Below, piece after piece: positions 49,013 through 62,160 of a stretch of DNA of 64,000 nt. How positions within the stretch are numbered: position 1 is the stretch's first letter; the number at the start of each line of letters is the position of its first letter. The DNA comes from Eledone cirrhosa (lineage: Eukaryota). The position numbers were made by a program, and so were the translations under genes. The notes beneath the pieces were generated by a model. That model was not told where the DNA came from. It searched no databases and worked only from the letters and a program-made list of their open reading frames with translations. The stretch covers positions 392,956,001 to 393,020,000 of the forward strand of contig OZ024741.1 in the NCBI GenBank assembly GCA_964016885.1. Reading direction: 5' to 3'.

Positions 49013-51925
49013 TTTGAAACGCTTAACATTTTGTTATATGTTTCAGCTGTGTCATTGCTATCATATAACAAACATCTAAAACCACGCAATCAAGATACAA
49101 ACAAAAAGCCTGAACCAGCGTGGATGCGAAATTTAAAAAGCAAAATGTTGTCCCTGAGACGAAGTATCTCACACATCGCAGTCGTTATGAAATGCAACAT
49201 AGAGAGCAACTTCACACGACACCAGGAAGACCTAAAAAAAAAGTTAGAGAGACGATTTGGAGATACAAAATTTAAAACTTTAAACTCCAAATTACACCAG
49301 TTGAAACAACAACTCACAGCTACAACAGAAAGACTGAAATAGAAGTCAACAGCACATAAACGACAAGTGCTAAATAGATTGTTTTCCAGAGATCCTAAAT
49401 CAGTTTATCGCAGCTTCGGTAGTAAAAGCTCAATCTCTGTAAACGACACCCCTTCAAAAGAACAGGTTGAGAGCTACTGGAGATATGTATGGGAAACGGA
49501 TGACGGATTCAACAGACAAACTAATTGGCTAAAAGAACTGGAACAGGACTACTGCCAACATGTCCAGACAAAACAATATGACATAGATGGGTCAATACTG
49601 GAAACAGCTCTACAGAAAATGTCGAATAGGAAATCACCAGGCCCAGACCTCATTACAGGATACTGGTTGAAGAATTTCACTTTCTATCGGCAAGATCTCA
49701 TACGGCTGTTTACAGAAACCATTAAAGGCACACAAGAACTGCCCAGATGGTTATCAACTGCCACTACTCTCCTCATTCCCCCAAAATAGCCAAACCACCC
49801 TTGCTAAAAATTACCGCCCAATAGCCTGCCAAAACATCATGTATAAATTATATACTGGGTGCCTTAACCTGTTCTTACAGGATCACTGTGCTACCAACAA
49901 CATCATAACACCTGAGCAAGCTGGTGGAAAGAGGGGGGTGTGGGGTTGTATAGATCACCTACTAATAAAATGATTCAAGAAAAAACAACAAAGAATCGCA
50001 GAAACATGACTGTCGTGTGGCTGGACTATCAAAAAGCATGTGATAGTGTACCTCATGAGTGGATTGTTAAGGCTTTACAGTTAGCCAAAGTCCCACAACC
50101 ATTGGTAGCTGCTGTTGAACGCCTGACCAAGAACTGGTACACCAATTTGATCCTTAGAGGTGAGAAGGAGCAAGTTAAGACTGATAAGATACATTACCAG
50201 AAGAGCATCTTTCAGGGTGATAGCTTGTCAGTGCTACTCTTCGTTCTCTCACTAAATCCACTATCTTACCTACTCAGGAAACAAGGTGGTCAAAGAAGTG
50301 GGTCCAGAAGTATCTCCCATCTTTTCTTTGTTGATGACCTGAAGTTGTATGCGCCAAATATCAATGACATCAAGAAACAATTGGACCTCATTACACAATT
50401 TTCAACAGACAGCAAAATGAAATTTGGTGAGTCCAAGTGTGCATATTTGGCAGTAAAACGTGGAAGAGCTGTGCCCTCCTCTAGAAATCTAGAGATGAAC
50501 GGCCTGACAATACAACCTCTACAGTCAGGTGACAACTACAGATATCTTGGACAGGATGAGAATGTCAGATATGATGGACCCATAAATAAGGAGAGAACCA
50601 GAACTGAATACCTCAAAAGAGTAAAGAAAATATGGTCATCAGAACTGTCAGCGTACAACAAATACATTGCCCACAATACTTATGCTGTGCCAATTCTAAC
50701 GCCAACATTTGGCCTGCTGAACTGGTCATTGCAAGAACTAAGTGAGATAGATGTTAGAACTCGCAAACTTCTCAGTGTTACTGGGAACTTTAACATCAAT
50801 GGTGATGTGGATAGGCTATACTTCTCACGCAAGGAAGGTGGCTGGGGTCTAAAATCCATATTTACATCATATGAGACCCGGATAGTAACACTGAGGCAAC
50901 ATCTTCAACAGAGGAAAAAGGTTGGCAACCATCTTGCTCAGCTTTATGAGCATGAAAAAAAAAATCATTAGAATAGCGACTGATCTGGAGGAGAGATATG
51001 GAATAAACCCTGATATAAATCTCTATAAGATCCTATTCAATGTTCAAACAAGATGAAAAAATTGACCAATTTACAGAAAAAGTTGTGCATGGATACTTGA
51101 GACGTAAAACACAGACCATAGAGGGGATAAACCACTCAAAAGGCCTGGCATGGAGTTCCGACAAGTTTATGACATCACACCTTGAGGGGTATCTCTATGC
51201 AATACAGGAACAAGAACTCCCTACCAAATATCTGCTGCACAAAAGGGGAGGGCCATCAGCTGACAATAAATGTAGGCTATGTAAAACAAAGATCGAGGAT
51301 GTAAGCCACATTGTTGCCAGCTGCGAAAGAATGTCATCTCGCTACTACCTCCCCATGGGACACGATGGGATAGCTAGAACCATCTGGAACGCACTTCGGA
51401 AAACAAAATTAACAACAAACGAGGAAGAATATATTGAGACAGATGGCACTAAGGAATACTGGTGGAACCTGAAAATAAAACCTGCAACCAAATTAAAGCA
51501 CAACCGGCCTGATATTGTTGTTTGGGACCACACATTGAAAACGTGTTCTGTTGTGGAGATCAGCTGCCCACTTGAAGTAAACGTTGTCAGAAAAATACAG
51601 GAGAAGGAGGACATCTACGGACCATTGATGAGGAGTTTACAAATCCAGTATACAAGATACACCTTTAGCTTCATACCCATCATTATTGGAGCTACGGGTT
51701 ATATACCAACCCGCTTGGACCAAAGTATGACTGAACTTGGATTTGCGGACAAAGAGCGCAGCTCCCTAATTCATAGTCTACAAATGGCTGCGATAGCTGG
51801 CACCTTCAAAATTTGCAAAATATTCTTGCGATTCAAGGGATGACAATTTCATTTCTTTTACACCCTTGCCACCAGGAAGGTGGCTGGTCAAATAAATATA
51901 CTCGAAATTAAGAGAAAGAGATAAC
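49013..51925 (+). mobile_element. R4/Dong-clade non-LTR retrotransposon, decayed, flanked by TACA repeats
   Basis: KSPGPDLITGYW, NYRPIAC, WLDYQKACDSVPH, IFQGDSLS, FFVDDLKLY, CRLCKTKIEDVSHIVASC, NRPDIVVWD; several stops and frameshifts. Confidence 0.9.
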
Positions 51926-52171
51926 ATACATGTATATATACATACATAAATATATGTAGTTACAACAGTTTCGTTGGGTTCTGGACCCCAACTTATTCAG
52001 CCTGTCATAAGAAATATATAAATAAAAATAAAGATGGCCGCCTGGGGTTGAATTTGGCTTCCTTTCAGGAATATAACTTGCGAGTTTAAACAGACATGTA
52101 ATTTAGAAAATAGTTAAGAAATTTTTCTGTTGCACGATCCAGTATTTTAAAATGGTATATACATATATACC

Positions 52172-52414
<243 letters not shown>

Positions 52415-53629
52415 TTCAATCTGCTAGAAAATATGTTTGACATGTTTAGATGTCTATATTCTCAATGTGCAAATTTATGTACACGTTTATATACAGTCAT
52501 GGCTACCTCTATACAGTATATATATCAAATATAAATTTGCCCAATATATACTTGGAGGCGTGTGTATCTATATACTGGTGTCCCTGGGTATAAACAAATA
52601 AGTGAAATGGGAAGTTAGTAAATGTAAAGAATAACAAAATATAACGAACCTTTTTCCCCCTTTTATTCGGGGTGGAAAACTGCTGACGAATGTCCAATAT
52701 ATATATGATGTTTACTATAATTTCCTCTAATTGGCTCCCACAGAAATACGTAATAGATGCCCAGAAAAAACGCGAGTCCAAAACTAATGCTTATATATGT
52801 GGCAACCATGAACAATCTAAAGGACATTACTTGATATGCTGGAATTGGTTTACTTTCCCCTGTACCAGCAATTTTTGGAGGCGAGGAAGATTTTCTTCTA
52901 GGTGGGGGAGATACAGAAAGAGAAACTGATTCAGACATTTTTTCTTTGTTTCTATAAATATTTTATCCTTTGACTAAAGTCTAATGAAATATGTATATCT
53001 AAATACTTTGTCGATATGGGTTGAAAAGTTTGGATCTCTTGATGGTCAGTTATTGTAGATGGAACTTATACATATACTACAGAACTGTTACCATTGTTTA
53101 GTACATAATGTAAATGGATTTACTATACTGAGGCAAGCGTGACAAATTACTGTGAATTTTCGCTTCTGAAAAGTAGGTAAAATATTTGAAAATAAAGATT
53201 AAAAAGCCGATTATTGAAAATACTTAATGAATACTAATCATTAACAATTACTAGGCTGGGTTTTTTTATCGAGGTATACTAAAATATTCGTAGTAGATAG
53301 ATGTCTGTATGACATAAGAAGCTTTGCCAGTAAAATTCGCTAATCTTATTTTATTTATATATCTATTCATTCATATTATTTGTTTATTAAATTAAAGAAA
53401 CGATCTTGTAAATTTTTACCCACTTATTTATCGCCCTCCCCGCCTAGATCAGCCTTGACAAGCAAAGCTCTGATCGAAAGCTTACAAGGCTTTTTGTTTT
53501 GGACTAAATCCTATCTTGGACTATATTGTCCAATGTGTCGCTCCTTTTCGAAAATGGTGGGATGTAACTTAATGGAGATGTGTTTGTTGTATCTAGTACT
53601 TCAATCAACTCCTCGTCTTGTAAAAGATT

Positions 53630-54105
53630 AACAATAAAGTTTAATTAATTGTTTCTACTTTTGGCACAAGGCCAGCAGTTACCCAGTACATTACTGGTAC
53701 TTTAGTTTATCGACCCCCGTAAGGATGAAAGGCAAAGTTAACCTCGACGGATTTGAACTCAGACCGTAAAGGGACGTAACTATGCTGGAAAGCAGGGCGT
53801 CCGACCTTCTACCGATACTGCCAATCCACCGCCCTTAATAAAGTTTAATAATGGTTTCTTATATAGGCACAAGGTCAGTAATTTGGGGGGAGGGGAAAGT
53901 CGATTAAATCGACCCCAGTGCGTGACTGGTACTTTATTTATCGACCCCATAAGGATGAAAGGCAAAATTAACCTCGGCGGGATTTGAGCTCAGATCATAA
54001 AGAGCCGCAACTCTATGCTGCAAAGCATGGCGTCCGACCCTCTACCGATACTGCCAATCCACCGCCCTCTTAATAAAGTTTAATAATTGTTTCTACTTTT
54101 GGCAT
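53630..54105 (-). mobile_element. Tandem SINE array (about 2.2 copies) with AATAAAGTTTAAT spacers
   Basis: AATAAAGTTTAAT at ~53633, ~53837 and ~54072 separates the copies. Confidence 0.85.
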
Positions 54106-54824
54106 ATTCCAATATGAGCACAAACTAGAAATGTTTGTGGTGGACAAAAACAATTAGATGAACATCCAGTACTTCACTGGTTTGACACTCTTAGAAAGAG
54201 AGGGGATAAAGGTTTATTTACTGACGTACAAGAATAGTGTCTGACCTATCTGCTGTAGTATTACCTAACATGAGTGCGCCATGTAAGGTGACGTCAATGT
54301 GTGTCGGTTGGTCTCAACGTTCAACAAGAAAGCTTCTACATGGTCGCTTCCTACCGTCGTAAATAAAATACATATTAAAACTTATAGTTGCTGATATACA
54401 AAATGCGGGGATGGTTACAACTGCAATGCTTTTCATCATAGATTTGGTAGATCAAAACTTATCTCGGGTCACTTTGAGTTAACGAGGAAAGGCATAGTCA
54501 TTCAGTATGTTAAAGATACCAGTCTATTTGCTTTAGATTACACCATGCCGTTTTAAAGCAGGAAAAGACACATTTGACGTTGCTGTCCAAAATAAAAAGA
54601 TAACAGAATATATGTTATAAAAACTAGGAGAAAACTGGCCGGATGGCGTGATTCTTCTAGTTTATTAAAGAATTGCTTCTAACGTTGACACAAGGCTATA
54701 CTTTGGGATAACTGCAGTTGATTATTTAGACGCCCAAATATTTGACTGAACCTAAAGAAATGTAATTAAATATCTCAATCCACTGGCACCACCCCCACCA
54801 CTACACCTTGCATTTAATAAATAA

Positions 54825-55085
54825 TGATTTCTACTTTAGACATACGACCAGTAATTTGTGGGGAGAGAAAAGTCGATTAATTCGACACCAGTACTTGACT
54901 GCTACTTTATTATACTGACCTCAGAAAGATGAAAGGCAAAGTTGACACCGGCAGGATTTGAACGTAGACAACCGTAACTAAATACCACAAAAAGCATTTT
55001 GCCCGCAGCTCTTCCAATACTGACTATCACCCGCCCTCAATTTTACTAACAAATAATAGTTTCTGATTTAGGCACAAGGCCAACG
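54825..55085 (-). mobile_element. Diverged SINE
   Basis: Same family motifs. Confidence 0.7.
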
Positions 55086-55309
55086 TCGTTTTATATCCAA
55101 TATATCAATTTCATTGCAGTGAAATTTGAAAAAATGAAGTATAAAATCATTATTCAATTTATCATTCATATCGAAATCACTTTCAATAGACCTTTAATAG
55201 AGTGTCCTTGTATCAAATAATTGTATTATTATATGAATTTTTATTAATGCTACTATCAGTGTTTTTGAGGTCATAGTTACGATATTACAGACATGCAATT
55301 CTAAAGTCT

Positions 55310-55677
55310 AAACTATTATAGTTGTATACAATAGTAAGGATTCGTTACCATTAGTAGAAAATAGTAACCTAAGTAAACATGAAAGAACTGCCGAACTCCC
55401 ACTATCATCGCCTCCATCTCTCTCGCCCTCCCCATCTCTCCGTATTGTGAGCAAATGGGGTCCCACGTGCTGGCCTCCCCACAGCCCCGACGGACAGAAT
55501 GGAGAAGGCGTTTCCCCGGAGGATGGTAAGGGAGATGCGCTGAAAGAGCCATTCCAACTCGCGAGCTCACACCTGCGGCTGGCCAGCTGAGCGCCTATGA
55601 TGGTGAGTAGGGCGGTAGCCCTAGGGCCAAGGACACCAGAAGTTTCCACTGCCAGGGACACGACCACGAACCTGTGA
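55310..55677 (-). mobile_element. CRE-like 3' fragment
   Basis: LAVETSGVLGPRATALLTIIG. Confidence 0.85.
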
Positions 55678-55959
55678 CATGGGCTTTCCTTGGGCTGATT
55701 CCATCAAGTGAAAAATAAAGTGACATGAAAGGGAAAGAAAAGATGAGAAAGGGGTATAGAGAAAGAATCAACCCCAGCATTAGAGATGTACTTTATTTAT
55801 TGACACCGAAAGAATGGAAAGTAACGTTGAAATCATTTTAGAGTATCTGGGATAAATTGGGTGAACAAGAATATACTGTGAACACATCATGGCTATTGGT
55901 TGGCTTAGAAATTAGTCACAATGACAGATTATTTCAATCTAGTCCTCTTGCTGCTGAGG

Positions 55960-56410
55960 TCGATATATCGAGTTTCTTCTTATCCCAAACTGCTAACCTT
56001 GTGCCAATGTCAAAAAGAATTATTAGAGTAGTGGATTGGCAGAATTAGTAGAGCGTCGAATAAAATGTGATATCGGTATTTGCTCTGGCTTTTTACCCGA
56101 GGTCAAGCTTACCTTTCATCTTCCGGAGACGATAAAATATAATTGTTTCTACTTTAGGCACAAGGCCAGCAATTACCCAGTACATTACTGGTACTTTATT
56201 TTATCGACCCCGTAAGGATGAAAGGCAAAGTTAACCTCGGCGAGATTTGAACTCAGACTGTAAAGGGACGTAACTATGCTAGAAAGCATGGCGTCCAACC
56301 CTCTACAGATACTGCCAATTCATAAAATATAATACCAATCAATTACTGCGGTTGATTTAATCAACTATTCCGTTCCTCCAAATTTACTGACCTTGTGCTT
56401 ACAACAGAAA
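55960..56410. mobile_element. Nested SINEs (young minus-strand copy ~56142-56320 inside an older plus-strand copy)
   Basis: ATAAAATATAAT duplicated at ~56132 and ~56322, flanking the inner copy. Confidence 0.75.
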
Positions 56411-57835
56411 CCAATATAGTTCTCCTTTTTATACGTACTGCAGTGGCTATTCACGAAACCTATTTACAGCTAGTTGAACTGACGTCAAGAGAATTATGTC
56501 TCTTTAAAATAGACGCAGTACGAAACGTTAAACTTTGATCAGAAATTCGACAGCTCGACTTAGCCAAATGAAGAATGTCATATCACATAGCTCAATAATA
56601 AAAGGCCAATAACATATGAACAAGTACAAAGAGTTAACTATAAACATTTCATAAAATGCGTGCGTTAAAATTGGTATTGACTGTAAATCAGTGAAGAAGC
56701 ATATGGAAACTGCACTATGGTTAGAATTGGTCGTTTATTTTTAATTATTTTATTTATTTATGCTTTACACCCCCTGTGTTATAGGGTTCGATCCCACTGC
56801 ATGATACCTTAAGCAATTATTTTCTAACATTCGGGTCAGTAGAATGAAATTCAAAAGACAGAAGCTGTTAGATGTACCTTTTTTTGAGGGATGGTAGACT
56901 TAATGAGTCATTCAGTTTAACAATATTACCTGATTCGTTGATGCCGTTAGCGGGGCCCACACTGTTGCATTCGAAGCAAGTCTCTAGTCAACCTATGAGT
57001 CGTGGTTTCTTCATCCTTTTCCGTAGGTAAAAGGTCATTGGTGCGTTCCTTCCTGCTCTAATGAAGGCATAAAACGATACGTCAGACATAATCAATCCGG
57101 CAAATTTGAAATCAATAAGAGTTTGTCATCTTGTTACTATAATTACTATAGTACCAATGTAGTGTGGGTTATAAATAAATAAAAAAACGAATGGCTTTTT
57201 GACAGTTTGGGATAATGGTCGAAGCGACCGGTTAAATTAATACGTAAGTGGCTGAGTGTTCTACGAATACGTTTACTCTTGCTATAATTTATGTGGAATC
57301 AGTGTTACCCAACATGTGACATGGCTGTACCTTTTAAAAACAGGTACAAACCATTCGGTAGACTTCCACCGTTTTTGTTTGCCCAATTTCCCTCACAAAT
57401 TTGAGTCGACTCAAAATGCCATGCAGTGAGCTCGAACCCAGAACATCATGGTTGCGAAATGAATTTCTTAACCATTCAGCCTTGAATGAATATACTAAAT
57501 GTAGAAAAAAAAAGTAAAGTCCATCCCAAGCCCGGAAGCTCATCAAGCCAGTGCTTATCCCGACTTCATCGGCATTAAGCGACTAAGAGCACAGAACGCC
57601 AGTCTATAACAAGGTTAACTCTCGGCAACTGCTGGTATACATTTTCAGTTGAAAATACTGAAATAATGTAAAATGAAATGTTTTGCTGAAAAACACAAGG
57701 CACAACCCAGTCCAGGAATCAGACCCATAACCACTAGGCCACGCTCCTTCAAACACCGAATGTTTAATGAAGGAATTTGAACTGATAAAGATGTAGCAAA
57801 TATGTGTTTAAATTCATAATTACAGAAACTATGCT

Positions 57836-58340
57836 AGAGAACGGGTCGCAGGTGGCGGATAGCGATATAGCCACCAGATATGATGGCTAGTTGCGATATA
57901 ATTGGGAAACTGCCAGATGAATAAGCAACCCCGGACCAACAGCGGTAAACTAGTAGGGGAGATGGGGCAATGGGTGACACCTGTAGCTACCAAGTAAACT
58001 CTCACAACCCAGTGTTCTGACAGACCATCCGCTGACTTCGTAATAATAAGCCCTCCTCCACACTTGCTATCAGGAACGCGTCTGGGGTTCTCCTCTTTTC
58101 AGAACGATGCATCCTCGCGAGTTAGAGCGAATCCTTTGCTGATCTCCTAAACCCAATTATAACAATATCTTCTGATGTACACGAGGTGCATCTGGGAGCA
58201 ATGACTAATCTCTCAGAAGCTGAGGTCACAAGAGCAATTAAAGAGTTCAAATATGGCATGGCCGATGGGAAAGATGAAATTCAGCCCGAGATGTTAAAAG
58301 TCTTAAATAGAGAAGGTATTCTCTGGCTGACTCATGTATG
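57836..58340 (+). mobile_element. RTE-clade remnants: 5' leader motif and RT fragment
   Basis: CAGGTGGCGGATAG..CCACCAGATATG..TAGTTGCGA..GAATAAGCA leader; EVTRAIKEFKYGMADGKDEIQPEMLK. Confidence 0.6.
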
Positions 58341-58534
58341 TGTCACCTTCAGCCTATGGGTCACCTTGAGCCAATACTCTGCGAAACGCCCGTAACACGT
58401 CGATACGCAATAAATATTTTTCATATGTAAACGAAACTTCCTCATTTTTTCTATTATATATATATATGTGTGTGTGTGTGTGTCTGTGTACTTATGTATA
58501 TATGAGAGAGAGAGAAATAAATAAGGAGATTGAT

Positions 58535-58586
<52 letters not shown>

Positions 58587-58599
58587 ATTTACACAAATT

Positions 58600-58900
58600 A
58601 TTATTAAAAAACACTATAATCCAGAATAAGTATATGTGTGAAAACATAATATACCAATGTGAAATCAAGTTACATAACCACATTTTCAGGTATAGAGGAG
58701 TAACATCGAACTTTTTCAAGAAGAGGTGGTATGTACACACATTCATTTAAGAACCCGAAACTAAGGAACTCCACGGCACTGGCAGGTAAAATTTGGGAAT
58801 TAATAGAATCCCCCAAAAAGTACGAGATTTCATGGTCTGTCCTAGAATTTGCCCGTAAATATCAGCCTGATACAAAAATATGTCATATCTATACTCACTT
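58600..58900 (+). pseudogene. PLE GIY-YIG endonuclease fragment
   Basis: NIIYQCEI..YRGVTSNFFKKRW..H..SFKNPKLRNSTALAGKIWEL..YEISWSV..YQPDTKIC. Confidence 0.75.
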
Positions 58901-59249
58901 TGAAAATTCGTTCTAGCTATATATTATTATTTAAGTTGTTGGATGTAAGTCAATTTGATTAAAATAATCAAATATTGGCGATCCAAGACTTATATGTAAT
59001 GCATACGATGAAACACGTGTAATTGTTACGCAATAAATGTTATTCTCACTCATCTGGATTATGGTGTTTTTAAATAATAATTTTGTAAATTCCTATATAC
59101 ACTCCGTAAATTGTTACACTTGGAATCTATAGTAAAACTACCACAGGATCTACCAACTGGAATAATTCGTCCGTTGAGTAAAACACTACTGCAAGTGGTC
59201 TTCGATTCATGTTGAACAATCAAATTAATTGATAACACTAACTGAAACC

Positions 59250-60100
59250 TTGGAAATATCCATCCGGTCCTAAGAACTTCAGACCGAACTCACTGTTGAA
59301 TCACACCTACAAGTTCTTTGAACGCCCGATCCTCAACAAAATTGGCCCTTTTGTGGACGAACACGTCATCCCTGAACAAACAGGCTTCCGCCCTGGCAAG
59401 TCGAGAACTAGCCAAGTACTCAACCTTACCCAGAACATCGAGGACGGCTATGAGAAAGGGATGATAACTGGTGTGGTGTTTGTCGACCTCTCAGCTGCTT
59501 ATGACACAGTTAACCACAGGCGTCTCCTTAGCAAGATCCTGGAGACCACAAGAGACACTTGTCTGACGGAGTTGATTGAAAGCATGCTTGAAAACAGACT
59601 CTTCTTTGTTGAGCTAGGAGAGAAGAAAAGCAGATAGCGAAGACTCAAGAATGGCCTCCCACAAGGAAGTGTGCTTGCATCACTTCTCTTCAACATCTAC
59701 ACCAATGACCAACCAAAAAGTGCAGGCACCTGCCACTTCATCTATGCAAATGATCTTGGCATAAGTGCACAAGACACTGATTTTAAAGTTGTGATAGATA
59801 GACTATCCAATGATCTGGAAGAACTAACACCTTATTATGATGAGAACCACCTACGTGCAATTCCATCCAAGACGCAGGTGTGTGCCTTCCACCTACGGAA
59901 TGCCAAGCGCCAACTGAAGGTCAACTGGTCTGGTACCCCCATGAACGCTGTGAGCAGCCAGTCCATCTAGGTGCAACTCTGGACAGATGTCGCTCTTTTA
60001 AGATCCACATTGAGAAGACCAAGTGCAAAGTGAATGCGAGGAACATCTTCCGCAAGCTCACTGTCACAATCTGGTGTGCAAACCCACAGGCTCTGAAGTC
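59250..60100 (+). pseudogene. Ingi/Vingi-like non-LTR RT fragment
   Basis: EQTGFRPGKS, FVDLSAAYDTVNH, KNGLPQGSVLA, FIYAND; stops and frameshifts. Confidence 0.8.
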
Positions 60101-60105
60101 GTATG

Positions 60106-60455
60106 TTTAATTAAACATACGGTATATTGCCAAATATACTATACATACATCGCTATTCCTGAGCACCAATCCTAATACCTAATTTTTGCTGGACCGGCAA
60201 CCGCTCTGTATAATCAGCTCCTGGTTATTATTGGAATTCAATAAGAATCCAGTTTCTATAATTTTCGGCGGAAGCAGGGGAGTGAGTGGCTCTGATGAAC
60301 GCCAACCAGCGTGAAACAGACTGTTAGCTTCTCTCCCTTCTTTCGCCGAAAAGAAGTAAGTGTCATATTACTACTTTAAAACTGATAGCGTATGGTCTTC
60401 TAAATGTTTTTTTAATTAAACATACGGTATATTGCTAAATATACTATACATACAT
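60106..60455 (+). mobile_element. Retrozyme-like 305-bp monomer with 45-bp terminal direct repeat
   Basis: TTTAATTAAACATACGGTATATTGCYAAATATACTATACATACAT at 60106 and 60411; internal HHR. Confidence 0.8.
60262..60352 (+). ncRNA. Type I hammerhead ribozyme
   Basis: CTGATGA(60292)-ACGC/GCGT-GAAA(60313)-CAG A CTG-TT; stem I GGCT/AGCT, GGGGAG/CTCCCT, TTTTCGGCGGAAG/CTTTCGCCGAAAA. Confidence 0.85.
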
Positions 60456-60457
60456 TC

Positions 60458-60493
<36 letters not shown>

Positions 60494-60527
60494 GTGTGTG
60501 TGTGTGTGTGTAAGTATGCATACGTAC

Positions 60528-60570
<43 letters not shown>

Positions 60571-60626
60571 CATATACACGTACTATATACACAGGAAAAC
60601 ATGGGTTATATCGAATAATAATAATT

Positions 60627-60787
60627 GTTTCTACTTTTAGCACAAAGCTAGCAAATACCCAGTGTATTACTGGTACTTTATTTTATCGACCCCGTAAGGA
60701 TGAAAGGCAAAGTCAACCTCGGTGGGATTTGAACTCAGATCGTAAAGGGACGTAACTATGCTGGAAAGCATGTCCTCCAACCCTCTA
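60627..60787 (-). mobile_element. SINE with TSD TATATCGAATAATAATAAT
   Basis: Flanking duplication at ~60608 and ~60788. Confidence 0.85.
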
Positions 60788-60884
60788 CCGATACTGCCAA
60801 TCCACCTATATCGAATAATAATAATGATATTCGAATCGGCCTTGCTAAGCTATGCTGTGCCCTGATGGCTATCGCAATCCGTTT

Positions 60885-60980
60885 GTTCAACAGTAGCATC
60901 GAGGAACAACCAACATGTTTCTGGGTCATTACCCTTCATCAGGACTGTATACCTCTATGCTACTCAATTGAACAGTTGAA
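60885..60980 (-). ncRNA. Type I hammerhead motif in a small HHR element (~60830-61040)
   Basis: Minus strand ACAGTC-CTGATGA-A-GGGT(AATG)ACCC-A-GAAA-CATG-TT-GGTTGT; extended stem TAGCATAGAGG/CCTCGATGCTA. Confidence 0.75.
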
Positions 60981-61102
60981 CATATATAGTATTTGCTGAA
61001 TGAAGTCTACATCGGCTGATTAGCCTCATATACATATGTATATATCTGTGTATATGTTTATATACATATGTATATATCTGTGTATATGTTTATATACATA
61101 TT

Positions 61103-62160
61103 ATAGGGTAAAATGACAGGAGGCCGAATAGGTTGTATTCCTTTAGGTTGTATTACTGAAAACACTATGCATATTGCAGTGGTCAGGTTACTTATGAACC
61201 CGGTGACATCATCAGGTGTATAATTACATAATAGTTAGGAAGAGGCAGAGAAAGAAAAACAAGAATGAAAAATTTGTTTGTTTTTTGTTGTTTTTTTTGT
61301 TATTTACTCAGAGCTATTTTTGTTATTTACCCTGCCCTCATTTGGGCTGACTCTGGGTGGTTACTCTGTTGTGTTGTTTTCCTATGTGGGTAGGGATTGC
61401 ATTGTTTATTGCTTACTACTAACCCTGTCTGACAACATTGGACACAGCCAAAAAAAAATGTGAGGTGTTAGAGTGTTGGGTTAGAGAGAAGGGATTCTAC
61501 AGGGGTCAGTTAATAGAAAATTACAGGGTGAAATAAGTTTATATCAGGAACAAGAAATTAAGAGGATTTATAAGCTAAGGGTAGTTTAGGGTTAAATATT
61601 TAGGAAACTAAGGTATATTTTAAGAAATAAGGAGTTAAAATTAGAATTAAGATTATAGATTAAAATAAAAGTTTAAAAATTAAAAAATTTGAAAATTTAA
61701 AAATGTAATAAAAAGTATGGAAAATGATAGATTACGGTCACATTACAGATACCAGTTATGTTAGTGATTCTATGGAATGGCTTGAGACGTAATAAACAAC
61801 TAACTTAAGGTTAAACTAAGTAAAGCTTTCTATCCGTCTTGGGCTCTTCGCGTTGTTGAATGTTAGATTCATATGGGGTGTGAAGTAGACTAGTCCTCTA
61901 CCATATAAGGATTGTGGTTTGGGGGTTCAATAACCACTGAGACGATGATTCCCCAGCAGGCCCAGGACCCAAAGGCCCACCAACCGTTCCGAGTATTACG
62001 ATATACCGAAGAAAGGGGAATTTACTTTTTCTCGAGCACTCAAGGAGAGTGGGCAGACCCAAGTGCTCCGAGCGTAACATGGAAAAAACCAAGAGATAAA
62101 AATAAGCGATAGAGGTGTAGTTAGGAGAGTGTCTATCGTTAATAGTCATGGAAAAAACTA
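61103..62160 (-). mobile_element. ~1.1-kb ORF-less HHR element, diverged paralogue of 45305-46431 (GAAA mutated to GCAA)
   Basis: Minus strand TACACCTGATGA..CCACTGCAATATGCATAGTGTTT..GGCCTCCTGTCATTT and GGGTCTGCCCACTCTCCTTGAGTGCT blocks are shared. Confidence 0.7.

Noticed and set aside
61575-61600. Telomeric TTAGGG repeats
   Set aside because: Single isolated units, not an array.
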